This document shows, in pieces, positions 27,401-40,100 of a DNA stretch of 64,000 nucleotides. Both the position numbers and the translations under genes were made by a program. The notes under the pieces were generated by a model. It worked only from the letters and a program-made list of their open reading frames with translations. It ran no database searches and was not told where the DNA came from. Source of the stretch: Ophelia neglecta (lineage: Eukaryota); the NCBI GenBank assembly GCA_965285935.1, contig OZ260663.1:13578001-13642000 (forward strand), written 5' to 3'. Every line of letters starts with the position of its first letter. Position 1 is the stretch's first letter.

Positions 27401-28185
27401 AAGGAGCTGGGTAAATAATTCGGACCCGCAATTCCATTACTCCCAGACAGGCGTTAACACTGGTGTTATACCACCCAAACAGTACACGATCAAAAGCCTT
27501 ACACCGGCTGCGAGATGCTTACATACACCACTAATCACATTGAAAGCACCGTGTCATTCCTTGTCAATCTCGCCCGTCTACATTTATTCAGAAAAGATCT
27601 CTGAAGCGTCGTTAAGGCAAGTGAACTGAGCAGGGATATTTATTCACCGTACACTGGATGGTTGCTGCAATATTCGATCTATAAGCATCCACTCGCATTT
27701 CCTTAAGCATCGCTAAGCAATGTGAATACGACTTATTTCAATTAGATTTGCTACCATAACGCTGTCATTCAGCTTTGATTAAGCGCATTAAAGGCTATAA
27801 CAGATGACACCCCATTTGTGTCTGCCAGAAGCAGCATGTTATCTGTAGAAAACAGTCGCCAATCAGTCTCTCAACGGCATCAAATAAAAATTCAATTAAA
27901 TTAAAAAAGCACCATCCGTTAAACAACAGTGTGTGTTTGCTTCATCTCCACGTGGGCTTTGCAATAAAGGCATCAAAAATCATTCAAGGGAGGCCATGTA
28001 CCTATTTTATAGTACAATATGTGCGTTTGTACATTTCTGCTACCGCCGTAGGGGAATTCAACAGCCATATTTTTGAAGTTTGAACAACCATAGGACTAAT
28101 GTTGCAGTATTGTTGTCTTGAGATTTACCACTTTTACAATATCGCCGTCAAGCGCAGTCGTATTTTGGAGCCTGTAAGCATGTGG

Positions 28186-28268
28186 AAATATGGACATAGA
28201 CATTTTTTGTTCTGATAGGGAAATAGAAAAAATATGGACATAGACATTTTTTGTTCTGATAGGAAAAT
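28186..28268 (+). repeat. Two-copy ~44-bp tandem duplication
   Basis: aaatatggacatagacattttttgttctgatagg occurs twice. Confidence 0.9.
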
Positions 28269-28799
28269 GCAATTCTTTAATTAAAATACACTCCTTGTCG
28301 CCTTGGATGGCAATGCTAGAGCCTTATATCTAAGGATCTCCTGGCACATTTTATATCTATAACCCGAGAAAGCCAATCTTGAATTAGACTGGTATATTTC
28401 CGATCTCAACACATACACAAAAACCCATACACATCGCCCCCGTGCATACCAATACCTTATGTCCACCCTCCTTTTTCTAGAACCATGTTTTTTAATTGAA
28501 CACTAGAGTTAACACTAGAATATCAATATCAATAGTTCATCACTTTCAATGTAAATCTGTGGCAAACTAAAGCTGGTTTCAGGTATTAAAGGCCTTCAGG
28601 TAAGTTGTCAGCTAAAATATTACAATTTTACAAGTATGTTTTGACATTCCGTCATTAGATTAACTTGAGGCCTTTTGAGTATCGCCCTGCGGTGATCAAT
28701 CCACATTTCTTTCACAAAATCAGCAAATTTTCTGACTGGATCAGGACGCGTTCTTATTACTTACGGAAAATGCTATCTCGTGGCTACCTAATATAAATT

Positions 28800-29590
28800 T
28801 CTGCATTTATTCATCAGCCGCTCGTAATGATAAAGCCCGCTATACGCCACAAAAGTTGTGTCTCTGGAATGCGCGTGTAGTTCAATCTGGTGATATCCCT
28901 ATTTTAAGTCGAGTTTGGAGAATACAAGACTCTGGCTCATATCATGGAGTACTTCCCCGAAGGTAGGTATTGGATGCCTCTGACGCGGAATTGCCTCGTT
29001 TGCCCTGCTCAGGTCCACACGTAACCTGATCTCACCATTTTATTTGGCCCACACAACTACTGTGCTTACCCAAGGATTCGGTTTCTTCACAGGTCCTATG
29101 ATATCTTTATCGATCGATTCCTTTTTTGCTTCCACTTAAGATCTAATTCTAAAAGGTGTTTTTCACACAGCGTGGGCTATTGGTGGCAACTATCGGTCGA
29201 TACACAACCTAATCATGTGGTCTTTGAGCTTTCCCACATCTGCCTCAAGTGTGTCTACAATACATGCAGTTGAGCATGTCGACAGAGCAGTGACACCAAA
29301 TCCAATATTCTAAAGCGTTTTTCATCATAGCTGACTTAATACCAAAAAGTGGGACACCAGAATCTTTTATCACAACAGATGTAGCACCAGCCTCCAGAAG
29401 GCCTGCTTTAATTTGGGCATCAAAGACACCAATTGTTTTAGAGAGGCCTTGGATGTGTATGGATACAATATATTTGTTTTTTCCTCGAAGAACAATTGAT
29501 TTTTTCTTTCTTCAAATGTTCCCCTACCGCTTGGCTCACAATATTGTCCGAACTTCCATAATCCTCCATCGTCTCTATATTTATTGTCTA
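28800..29590 (-). mobile_element. Decayed Ty3/Gypsy LTR-retrotransposon pol fragment (aspartic protease + N-terminal half of reverse transcriptase)
   Basis: With stops and frameshifts: DYGSSDNIV..HLKKEKINCSSRK..LYPYTSK..KTIGVFDAQI..PLFG (protease), then GKLKDH..DIIGPVKKPNPWVSTVVV..NGEIRLRVDLSRANEAIPRQRHPIPT..VFSKLDLK*GYHQIEL..SRDTTFVAYSGLYHYERLM (canonical Gypsy RT motifs). Confidence 0.92.
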
Positions 29591-32559
29591 ATAAGGAATT
29601 AAAAAGTTTTATATGAAAGAAATGCTTATGAGTATAACCATTAGTTCGATGATACATATGCAACTACCCCTTATTAACCTAATGAAATCATTTTTTAAAA
29701 ATATGCAGTATTTTATCCTTCCAATATAGGAATATAGAACCTTATGTATACTGTTCTTTACGCAAGCCAGTTCAAGTTAATGAACAGAAATAAAAACGTT
29801 TTGTCGACATTTGTGATTCACACCACTCTCTTTTTGTTGTATTAGTCACATTAATGGAGAAGTTTGTAACCCTATCATTTTGTTGTGGCAGATTTTCAAT
29901 AGGAATGACATCCGTCGACTTAAATGAAACCTATGGTTATTCGTCCATTGGTAAAGCTCATAAAGTGAGAGACGGATGTGCCACGAATCCAATTGATTAG
30001 ATGTCATCTAAATGATCTTAACCAGCCAATTAGACGGACCATATTGGAGATTTAATTGCCATTTGAACATTAATCAATATTCCTCAGACTGTGTGGACCA
30101 AAGCGTCAAGGTAACTCGCCTCAGTTTCGGCGCCAATCAATTTGATATCGCTCTCCAGCAAAGACAACACGCTAGCTCGTGGGGTCGCCTGTATATCCAT
30201 GTACTGTGAGGAGATTACACTTAACACATGAAATACATGTAGTTACCTTGACTAGGTTGTGACTGAAATTAGAAGAGAAACCCAGATATGTCTCATAGCA
30301 AAATATATAAGTCCCGGAGAACACCTTTGCTTTCTGATTTAATTGATAAACTGACTCACCACTGAAATGAACGAATCAATTTTACGAAAGCTTCCAGTCA
30401 AAAGTTACGCAAAATATATGCTTATAATTGAATTTTTTTACGCACAAGTCATGCTGAACTCTCTTGTTACAAGTGTGTATCTGAAATAACGATTGACATG
30501 ACCGCACCTGACCTTATAAGAATGTTTCTTAAACCGGAGCTTCATTTCGAAAAGCCGGCTTGTAAGCTACCGGAAACGCAGCTTTTAAAGCTACCGGAAC
30601 GTTCGCTCAACATGTAAGGAAGAACATATTTTACCAATAGCCCATATTATATCGCTGAAAGAACACATTTTCATTTAAATAACCTAGGTATTTCAGCCGC
30701 CACGTGTCGTGGCATACATATGTCACGTGCAATGGGTTTATACGATAAAAAAACTGATTTGCACTAATAATTTCCGCAGAAACAGTTGAAAAAAGAAATT
30801 AGATAAAATATAGCAAAGGCCAACAGGTCATTCATTGTCGGACATTAGTTAGAAATATGTAGATCGATAGGCCAAGACATAGTATTTAATGTTTACCGGT
30901 AGGCAAGCCGAAATCGCGGAAAACATTTCATATGGAACGGCGTGTTGCTCAGAAGGCCAGCTTTTGTGTCGACCAGCCAAATTAGAAAATAGACATCACA
31001 AGCCTTTTACACTAATATTTTGGTTATTGCGACCAACGGCGTAAGCGGGCGCATGCGGGTTTGGACTGAAAGAAAGGGGCCTATTAATGACAGGCGAGTA
31101 GTGGTTCACATGTAAGACCAGTCGTTCGTTAATAAAAACGAATTTGAAATCTGTGTATAAGAAAGAAAAGCACTCCCTTGGACGTATTGATGAACATATA
31201 CGATGACAAGTTTCGAGCAGATAATAAAGAATGCTTTTATTCTTGCCCAACGCTAACGTCACCTATACAAAACCATGGGTGTTTTTTATGATAGTGGTAG
31301 CTTGCTTTATTACCAACAAAGTTACGTTTGAACTGCTGTACCAACCGATTGCCTTAGCCAGACTATCCGAAAGTAATTTCTGCATGTAAACTGAACTGTG
31401 TTTTAACACGTACGTCGCTGTGCTCAGCTTGTTGTATAATCTATATGGCCCCTAGTCCAAAAAACGGATGCTTATGGCATCTCTTCAGGCTCGTGACGTG
31501 TCTTGCATTGTTTAGAGAAAATAGGCACGTGGTTGCAATTCAGATGTTAAAGAATCATGCATTGCCGGGTGACAATGAATCACCAAGAGGTGATCACTGA
31601 AAATATATCTACGATAACATTAGAGACAGATGCAGTTGCAGTGCCAGCAGTCGAATATTCAGTCCTAAAAATGTTACCAGCACAAAAAAAGCCAATGCGT
31701 ATTTGGCATGGATTAACATAATTATGAAAACATTCAACCTTGTGTATATGAAGTCCATGAGCGAGGACATTATGCAATATTTGCATACCATTATGGTAGT
31801 TTTATAAGGGCGACCGGGCCATCGTGTAATTACAAAATCGCATACATAATGTTCCTTTTGGGTCAGTTATCTTAAGAGCTTTTGCTTTCGGTCCTCTCAC
31901 CAACTCGTTGGTCCATTTGTGTAAGCTGCGTTTGGAGATGCAATTAAGAAAGATTATGCCTTAAGTCCCAATCATTGACTTTTACGTCTATTGATCGAGA
32001 AAGTGAGCTAGACCTCATTTAAATCTGCCACATGGTGCAGTTTATCGTGTACACATTCATCAGACGACCGCTCCAGGATCTCAGACAAGACTTCAGTGAC
32101 CAGTATATATATCCATTGATTATTCATGAAGAATTCTTAGTGGCTTAGAATAGAGGTTGTTTGCGAAAAGTCTGCATTTTGAGAATAAGTCATATAATTC
32201 ATCACACAACTGGGGGCATGATATGAGTGCAATCATTTTTTGGATACAGCTCCACACGTAAATCGTTAATGGATGTTACATTATGGAAGACCATTAAAAA
32301 GTAAATACATAGCCAGAGGCGAGCATCCTGTCCTGCGTGCTCCATGAGAAATTCGTTTTATTAAAACGACGATCGGTCCCGGCCCAAGGAATCATTAGCA
32401 AATCCTGGACTGGTTAAAGAATCCGGGAAAGCCATATATTACAGGTCAGAAAGAAGCAGCAGAAAACAAGGCTGAGATAGTACACTACCGAATGCAACGC
32501 AGAAAGATCCGCTTTCAGGGCCACATTGCCTGTTATGGTTCATCGTTAGCAGCTAACGT

Positions 32560-35500
32560 AACATCTCAACCTCCACCTCCAAAGTACTCAATGACGGAAA
32601 AAATGGTATCGCGATTTGCTATTCAAGGCATCTGTTGTCACAGGTCAGCCTCTCCAAGGTCAAGCACTGCTCACAGAAACAATGCTGATAATCTTGGAAT
32701 TTAACTTTTAGTATTATTGGAGTTGATCCTTTCATAATTTGCTCTGCCTAAGAAAGCTACAAAGCAAGCCGAGTAGCACATGTACACACCATTGGACAAT
32801 TTACAATTTCGTCAGAGCCGAATGGACTACCATCACTTTAAACTTTAAGTGGTTGCATGGACAAAGAGATGTGTTGTAAAGAAATCCCTATGGGTAAACC
32901 TCAGCATAAAGACACGCCTGCGGATAGAGATATCCCGTTGCATGGGCGTTAGCATGAAATGAGCTCTGCTGGCCAAGAGTTATGCTCTGTTCTGTTTCAG
33001 TCCACTGAAAGCACAGCTGGCCGCCGTATATCACTTTAATACCTGAACAATAGCTTGAGAAAATGAATGCAATGTCCTAGCTAACTGACTCACTTTTGCA
33101 ATTCATGCTAATTGTCTTCAGCTGGAAAACATTACCAAGAGGTTAGTTAGGGTCGTTAGGGCGGGACTCGGCAGATATATTAGGACTTTCGAAAGGTATA
33201 ATTCATCTGGCGAAGTCGATTTAGGACAAGGGCAGCAGTGTTTGGTTTTTCTGGTGATATTCATTGAGCCCGGAAACGGTTATGGTTTCCAGGTGTCGCC
33301 TCCACTCTCTCGTTTCATTCATCATAACATTATTGCCGACTTCCTGTTGGTTTGATGTCGAGGGTTAAGTTAACTCATCCTTAATAGGGGATAGATTATT
33401 ATGAAAATGCACCATCATCACACAGCAAAGTATCCTAAGTTTCAAACGTTAAAGAAATACAAGTGTCATAACATACGAGCATACATGATGTTACATTTTG
33501 CATGCCGCTCGAAAGATAGTAATAATTGAATGGTATGTTTACACTCGACAATTTGACTAGTCATCAACCGTAAGGCAGTTGAACCAATTGAAAGATGAGA
33601 GATTATTTGTAAAAGGCCATCTGACTAATTATTCCGTCCATTATGTCCATATTTCATTGCAACTGGAGCATTAATCAATTACTTAATACACTACGTAGGC
33701 CAATGTGTCAATGTAATTAACCCCTACGTCTGAGCAATTTGGGGTCATAATATACTCACTTACAAAGACTGAATGCCACAAGAATGTTTGCCTGGCCCAT
33801 ATCCGTGCGCAGTGTAGAGTTTACAACACAGTATTAACATATGGAAAAAATGCAATATCTTTTTTATATCTAGATGTCTAAGCATGGGTATCCATTATCA
33901 AGTACATGTAATGAATAAAGGAATAGTAGACTTACTCATCATTTAATTATGGAATAGCATAGGAACCAGAAGATATGCGTTGCCAATGGTGAGGTGCGTA
34001 AGTTAGACCTTATCATAGATATTGTGTCTAATTTGGACAAATACTGTGTATTAAGGCGCTTCAAGCGCTTTACCGGGAGAGAGAAAAAAGAGGGCGCACG
34101 GTCCCTTAGGCAAGCCTCTCTCCATTAGACAAATGGCAGTGTCTTGTTTTCTGACAACGCTTCCGGACAGCGTTCGTCAAACCCCCGGGGCTGCCCTCGT
34201 GGATGCCAATAACACACCAGTCACGACACGCACGCTCGAGTGCTGTCGACACCACTGCTCCTGTCAGGTAGTTCAGACAATTAGTGATAATTGCCACTTG
34301 GGCTAAGTTGGAAAACCATTGTGGACAGGTAAGTAGAAAGGTCTTTTAGTTGAATAATGAAATAATACGTTCGATGATATTTTAGTGACAAAATGGTTAA
34401 AACAGTCCTACCGGAAAACTGAAACCGGTGAAACAAAGACAGTGTGATCAACATCTCAAAGTGCTAGTTCTACTGTAATAGAGCACTGCTATTGAGACAG
34501 ATATCAGCATTAGTCGGTAGATTAGTATTGTAACTTACAGGCATCTTCGATTCGATTGCTAAAATTGCTTTAAAAGGTGACTTTTTATATCTGTCAGATG
34601 AAGCCATTCCAGCAATAAATTGACATTGTTCGATTAGTCTAACATGGCTTACAAGCCGAAAGTACAACACTGTGAAACCGGGTCCGTTATATTACAATAC
34701 AGTGGCGATAAATGAACACGTGCAGACGAATAATCGGCTAAATAGACGAGTGAATGCGTCCAAGCATAACCGGTCCCGCGATCAGAAAAGCGTTAATAGG
34801 AGAAAAGCCTTGACTATTTACCATCATAATGTATTTTTAATGAAAATGTCTATATTTGACGCATATGTCAATATATTTATGTTTAATGATATACAGTTGG
34901 GCTTTGCAAAGTAATGATCAGCGATACTACACGCACTGTCCTTTGTACAATGATCAAATTAATGAAGCCCATTTCTTTGGAACTATAAATTTTCCACTTT
35001 CCATTGAAGCCTTAACGCAGTCCATTTTACACTCTTTTGCAATGTTCAGGTAAATGCCACTGACGGGAGGTTAATTGACTCCTGTGGAAGTCAGCCTAAA
35101 GCAGGAGAAACGGCGTTCACGAATCTATTGATTTCTTCTCTCATTCAGTAAAGATTAAAAAGGCAAAATAGGAAAGAGTAAACATTTATAGCATGACAAT
35201 ACCTTAGTTCCTATTAATTAAAAATCGAACTTGCTCCAAGTGGTTTTAAATGTAGATCAGTTGTATTAACACTAAGGTTCTATTGTACCATCAGTATTGA
35301 AATGCCTAGCACGAAACAATGGTTTGCCTAAAACATGATTTTAACATCAACAGTCAGAATTACACTCCCTTGTCTAATTTCGACTACGGTTTAACAAGGT
35401 AAACCAGTCCTGCTAATGTCTAGCCTGCCAGAATGTACGATTACAAAATCAAATTTATAATAAAGGAACTGAATGCATTTATTCGTTTCGTTCCTCTTCA

Positions 35501-37145
35501 AACCCCTGTGGGTAGACAGCTGTGACATCGTATGAACTGTGCTGTTGATATGCCAGATTCAATAGCTTTTGGCAAGTCTAAATTGATGTGTTGCAAAAAA
35601 AGATGACAAGGGCTCCTTGACCTGCACTGTGCCTTTAATTAGCGTCTGTCGTATAGCAAATCAAATTGTTATTATGGTAGCATAAACCTATGAAGAGAAG
35701 CAGATAACAGCTCAACCTTGACTTAAAATCCTTAACCTGAACACCAGTCTACACTAGGTTAGGGTTAGGTATTAGATACACAGGCAAAGACGATGTCAAG
35801 AGCCTACAAGAAGGTACTTTGTGGATAAATAATGTATCTAGGTATTCAAATATGTAACCTGAATATCTAGGGAATCATATTTTCCGGAACTGACTCTCTA
35901 AACCCTGACCGTCGAATGGATCTACGTACACATTGATTCAGAACGTATGAACACCCTGTAAACGAAATAATGTATAACGTGCATTTTGTCCAAATAGAAA
36001 TAAATATGTAGTTTATCTATGTGCCCTTACTGCAGTGATTTGGAGGTACAACGTTTACTGGCTAAGATGATGATAGATAGCTCTCAGCGAGCTAGAGGAC
36101 GGCCCCGGAAGGAGTCAATGGCTAGTGGATCGCGATCTCCGTCGTACCTCGAGTGATTGAAGCACGTCTCTCGTCGGGAATATGTACCCCTGGACCAATG
36201 CCTCGCTGATGATAATCGACTGAAGGTAATTGTGTAAGCTTGGAGACACTACATGTCCTGCCCATGTTAAAAAGTGCATGTACTGCAGAGCAATTATGTA
36301 AGCGAAATGTCATTTAATCAATATTTGGCATATATTCAGTGTTAAATAATGATGTACTCTATAAGGGGCTGGGTCAATAATTCTGACCAAAAATGCCTTT
36401 ACTACCAGGCAGGCGTTAACACTGGCGCAATGCCCTTTAATAGTACTTCATTTTAGGTCACACACAGGCTGCAAAAAGCTCACGTACTCCACTTATCACG
36501 TTGAAAGCACCGTGTCCCTCGCCCGTCTCCATTTATTAAAGGGAAGCCTTGCTAAGGCAATTGAAGTGAGCAGGGACATTAAGGCACTCAACCCTGGATA
36601 GTTGCCCAAGTATTCGAACTATAACCATCCACTCGCAAATCCTTCCGCATCGGTAAGCGGTGTGAATCAGACATATTACATTTAGATTCGCCACCATAGC
36701 GCTGTCATTCACCTATGATGAAGCGCATTATCGGCCATAACAGACGACACTGTATTTATGTCTGTCAGAAGCTGCATGTAGAAACAGTTGCCGGTCAGCC
36801 TTTCATCCACATCGAATAAAGAATAAAGTATGCACCATTCTTGGTCCGCGTCAACTTCATTGTGTGTTTGCTACATCTCCATATGTGCTTCGCAATTAAG
36901 GCGTACAAATTCATTGAAGTGGGGCCAGGTACGTATTTGCTCGATATTTACGGTAGGAAATCTCATTTAGGGTAGCTCAACACCCATATTTGGAAATGAC
37001 ATTGATAGCAAAAGACTTCCAACCTGATGTTCTAGTATTGTTGTTTGAGAGACCTGCATTTGCCACTTTTAAAACATCACGGGGTATCAAAATAAGTGTT
37101 CATTGATACTTGCATATGCTTTTTGATAGGGCAATGCAATTTTTG
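32560..37145. repeat. Ancient tandem segmental repeat, copy 3 (partial)
   Basis: Colinear homology to 23390-28275 ends near tgataggg(c/a)aatgcaatt at ~37125-37145. Confidence 0.85.
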
Positions 37146-40100
37146 ATTTTGTTATATGGAGTCAATTGCCAAACGTATCGACCATTACATGCTTGTAATT
37201 AGAATGTGAGTTGTGGAATGGAATCAAACTGAGATGTATACCAGTGCTACCTCTCAACATTCCTCCTATCTGTAACATACAGCAGCTATACTGGTTCTTG
37301 AAGTAATATAAAGGTACTAAACGCAGAAACCTTCACCCGGGGAACCGCATATGATGATTGCACAGTAACATTTTGCTTTCTAAGTTCTTATTACCGGTAT
37401 AAGGTTCAATTCAAGGCATCACACCCATCATATTACACAGCTCTGGAAGATACATGTCTGGCAACTATGTACAGATTATAAAATTAAGCATACCAAAGAC
37501 CAAAATATAATGGAACTGCCAAATAAGGCGTGTACGTTCACTATAGGTATGCAATGAACTGCGTTTTATTTTCTATTACACTGAGCGTCATGACGGTGAA
37601 CTTGCACTGGGGCCCTTTAACAAATTATTCCCAATTGTATCGTAGTTACACGTATTCTGAAGGCATCAAGGTTTGTGCTAACAACCCCCGCCAATCTAAT
37701 TAGCTGACAGTTCCCACTCGAGTCGAATGTCAGATTGAGATAAGTGTCATTTGATATATGGATTGTACACGTATCTTGTAGCTCAAAGTATAATCAAAAT
37801 GTTCAATAAATAGACCACTTTCGTACCCTGGTGGATGGGTGGGGGGGGGGGGTGCCTGTATATTTACTCTGTAGCCATATGTGTACATCAACTTCAAAAT
37901 CTAACCCTAAACACTGTATATTGAGAAATGTATAACCAAAACACTGAGATGTATTTAGAAATACTCTCATAGATCAACTGGTAAAAGTATCCTCAAACAC
38001 TGACTGACTTTGAACCCTAGAACTCGCCACTTCTATGGGTAAGAATGCCGGAAAAACGGTGCTGCGGTAAGAGTAAAATTTTACACTGCCTATGTCCCGA
38101 TTAGGAAAAAGCATGACGGTTTCCCGGTCGGCGGAACATGAAAAGGGTGAGCGTCTAAGCCTGAAGAAAACATACACTTTTCCTCGATTTTCAGGACTGA
38201 CATGACTCCCGATCGTCCCCTAGCAGGCGGAAACGGATTCTAATATGTATATTAGTTATGTAGAAATAACTTAAATTAGTCTGTTCTTAAAATCATTCAG
38301 TCACAATTTTACACAGAACAGTTCATTGCTATGCTGTTTACTATGTGCACAATGCTACCGTGGTTTTAAAATGTAAGAACACAAAAACTGAATGCGAGTG
38401 TGGGATATCGAACAGAAAAACCAAAACCGTTCATTCAGAATAGTCCATTGAACTGTCCGGTATAACGCCCGCCAGCTAAATTAATGACCAATACGTGTTA
38501 AACTTTACTCGGTGGTTTAAAGAAATAAAGCTTTGTATACATTGCGTTGGGATCGTCGGGCCTGAAGCCATTGATTAAATGTACCGTCTTTGTGCCATAT
38601 TTCGAGAATGGGATTGCTACGTTTCAGCAAGCAGTAAATAATAGAAGTCTGTGTGAGCCAGCGATTTAAACATCAGTAAGCTTAATTTACAGAAGGCACT
38701 CTCTTTGACCTCGTTCTCATCCTGGGTTGGCAGAAAGACCGGCAATGTTTATTGAACGTATATCTTTTTCATGTGAACATTGTATTAAGATAAATTTGCT
38801 AGTTTTATCTGCTTGGAGTTACGTTGTATTAAGGTTATCTTGCCTCAGAGTGTAAAACAGCCAAATAAAACTATTTTTAATCTGAATAATCGGATATGGA
38901 TTTACGCCACATCAATCAACATAGATGAAATATAATGATCCATTAAACGGACGAGAAACATAAATCAAATCTCCACAGCTTCAATAGTGTGTTGTAATGA
39001 TCTACACTGCGTGGTGTATAGCTCCTACCATATATGACTGGCTTATTTGGCCCAATGTCTGAAACACAATAACCAGTACATGTATACCAATTCACTTTAA
39101 TATCGAATTTAGGTGGTCTCATTGCCCCTCACATATGGCCCGCTTACAGGAGTAACCACATTGAAAAGAAGTCTTTAATGCGTTCATTCAGAAACTAGAC
39201 ACCATTCATGATTGCCATATTAAAGTACATGGAGGTCACCTTTTTTTCGTTTTAAGCTAGTTATAAATTGTTAGGACTATCCACATAGGTTACCATGGAA
39301 AAATTGCATTTAAAGTCCAAGCTGTGGCATTGATGAAATTGAATTTTTACACAATTATTCGTTCGGCATAGAGAGCAATATAAAAATAACGTGATTCTAT
39401 TTCATGTGTGGTGACAATGGTATAAGCTCTGCGCTGTTTGAGACTTTTTCAATATTATTAAAACACTAAATCTGATCTAGATATATTTCCATTTTAAGTG
39501 AGTAAATTTGATCACGATATAAAAATGATTGACTTGCTTTCATGGTTTTATATATTCCTTTCTCTATAAGCAGAAACGTAATAACTGCACTGAACAAAAC
39601 ACATGCGATAAGAATAATACTGGAACACATAATCGGAAATTTATTGTTAGGCTATATGAGTCAATAATATTGTGACTTTGGAGCCACTTAGCCCTCACAA
39701 GTTTGTTGCTGGATCACTAGCGTGTTGCATTATGCACTGCGTGCGGCTCCTTAACCATCAAACACATTCCACTACCCAGAAGTAAAATGAACAATGAGTA
39801 TTAAAAACCCACCCCAAACCCACCATACGCTTCCATATTGCAAACAGTCACACTGAAGAAAGGGGAAAAAAGCTAAACCATATTAAACATATCCTGCATT
39901 GGTATTTTATATGCGTGTATGGGCCGTTGGAAAGAGTGGGACGCTAAGCTCCCGATAAGGACGAACTAAATAATCTTGATAAAAAGTGGCTTTATATGAT
40001 TATCTTTAATATCCGCCGAATAACATAAATTGCTTGCCATATTTAACTGTTTTTCATATATGTTTTAGTATAAGTATAAGAGTAGTATGGACACGGGCAG

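Larger units (their letters stand above)
23390..32560. repeat. Ancient tandem segmental repeat, copy 2 (~9 kb)
   Basis: Anchors 23428/32601, 25903/34888 and 26771/35741 (offset ~9.0-9.2 kb). Hand-aligned blocks are ~80-82% identical. Confidence 0.85.

Noticed and set aside
26380-27800. Stops shared or swapped (TAA/TAG/TGA) between repeat copies, suggesting a reassigned genetic code
   Set aside because: Similar patterns appear in other frames and on both strands, and neighbouring genes use the standard code. Consistent with non-coding sequence.
36500-36800. Minus-strand OTU/vertnin-like words (GNCFY, MQLL, NTWAT) in repeat copy 3, weaker in copy 2
   Set aside because: Needs several assumed frameshifts and is poorly conserved between copies. 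Only an HMM search on the consensus could support it.
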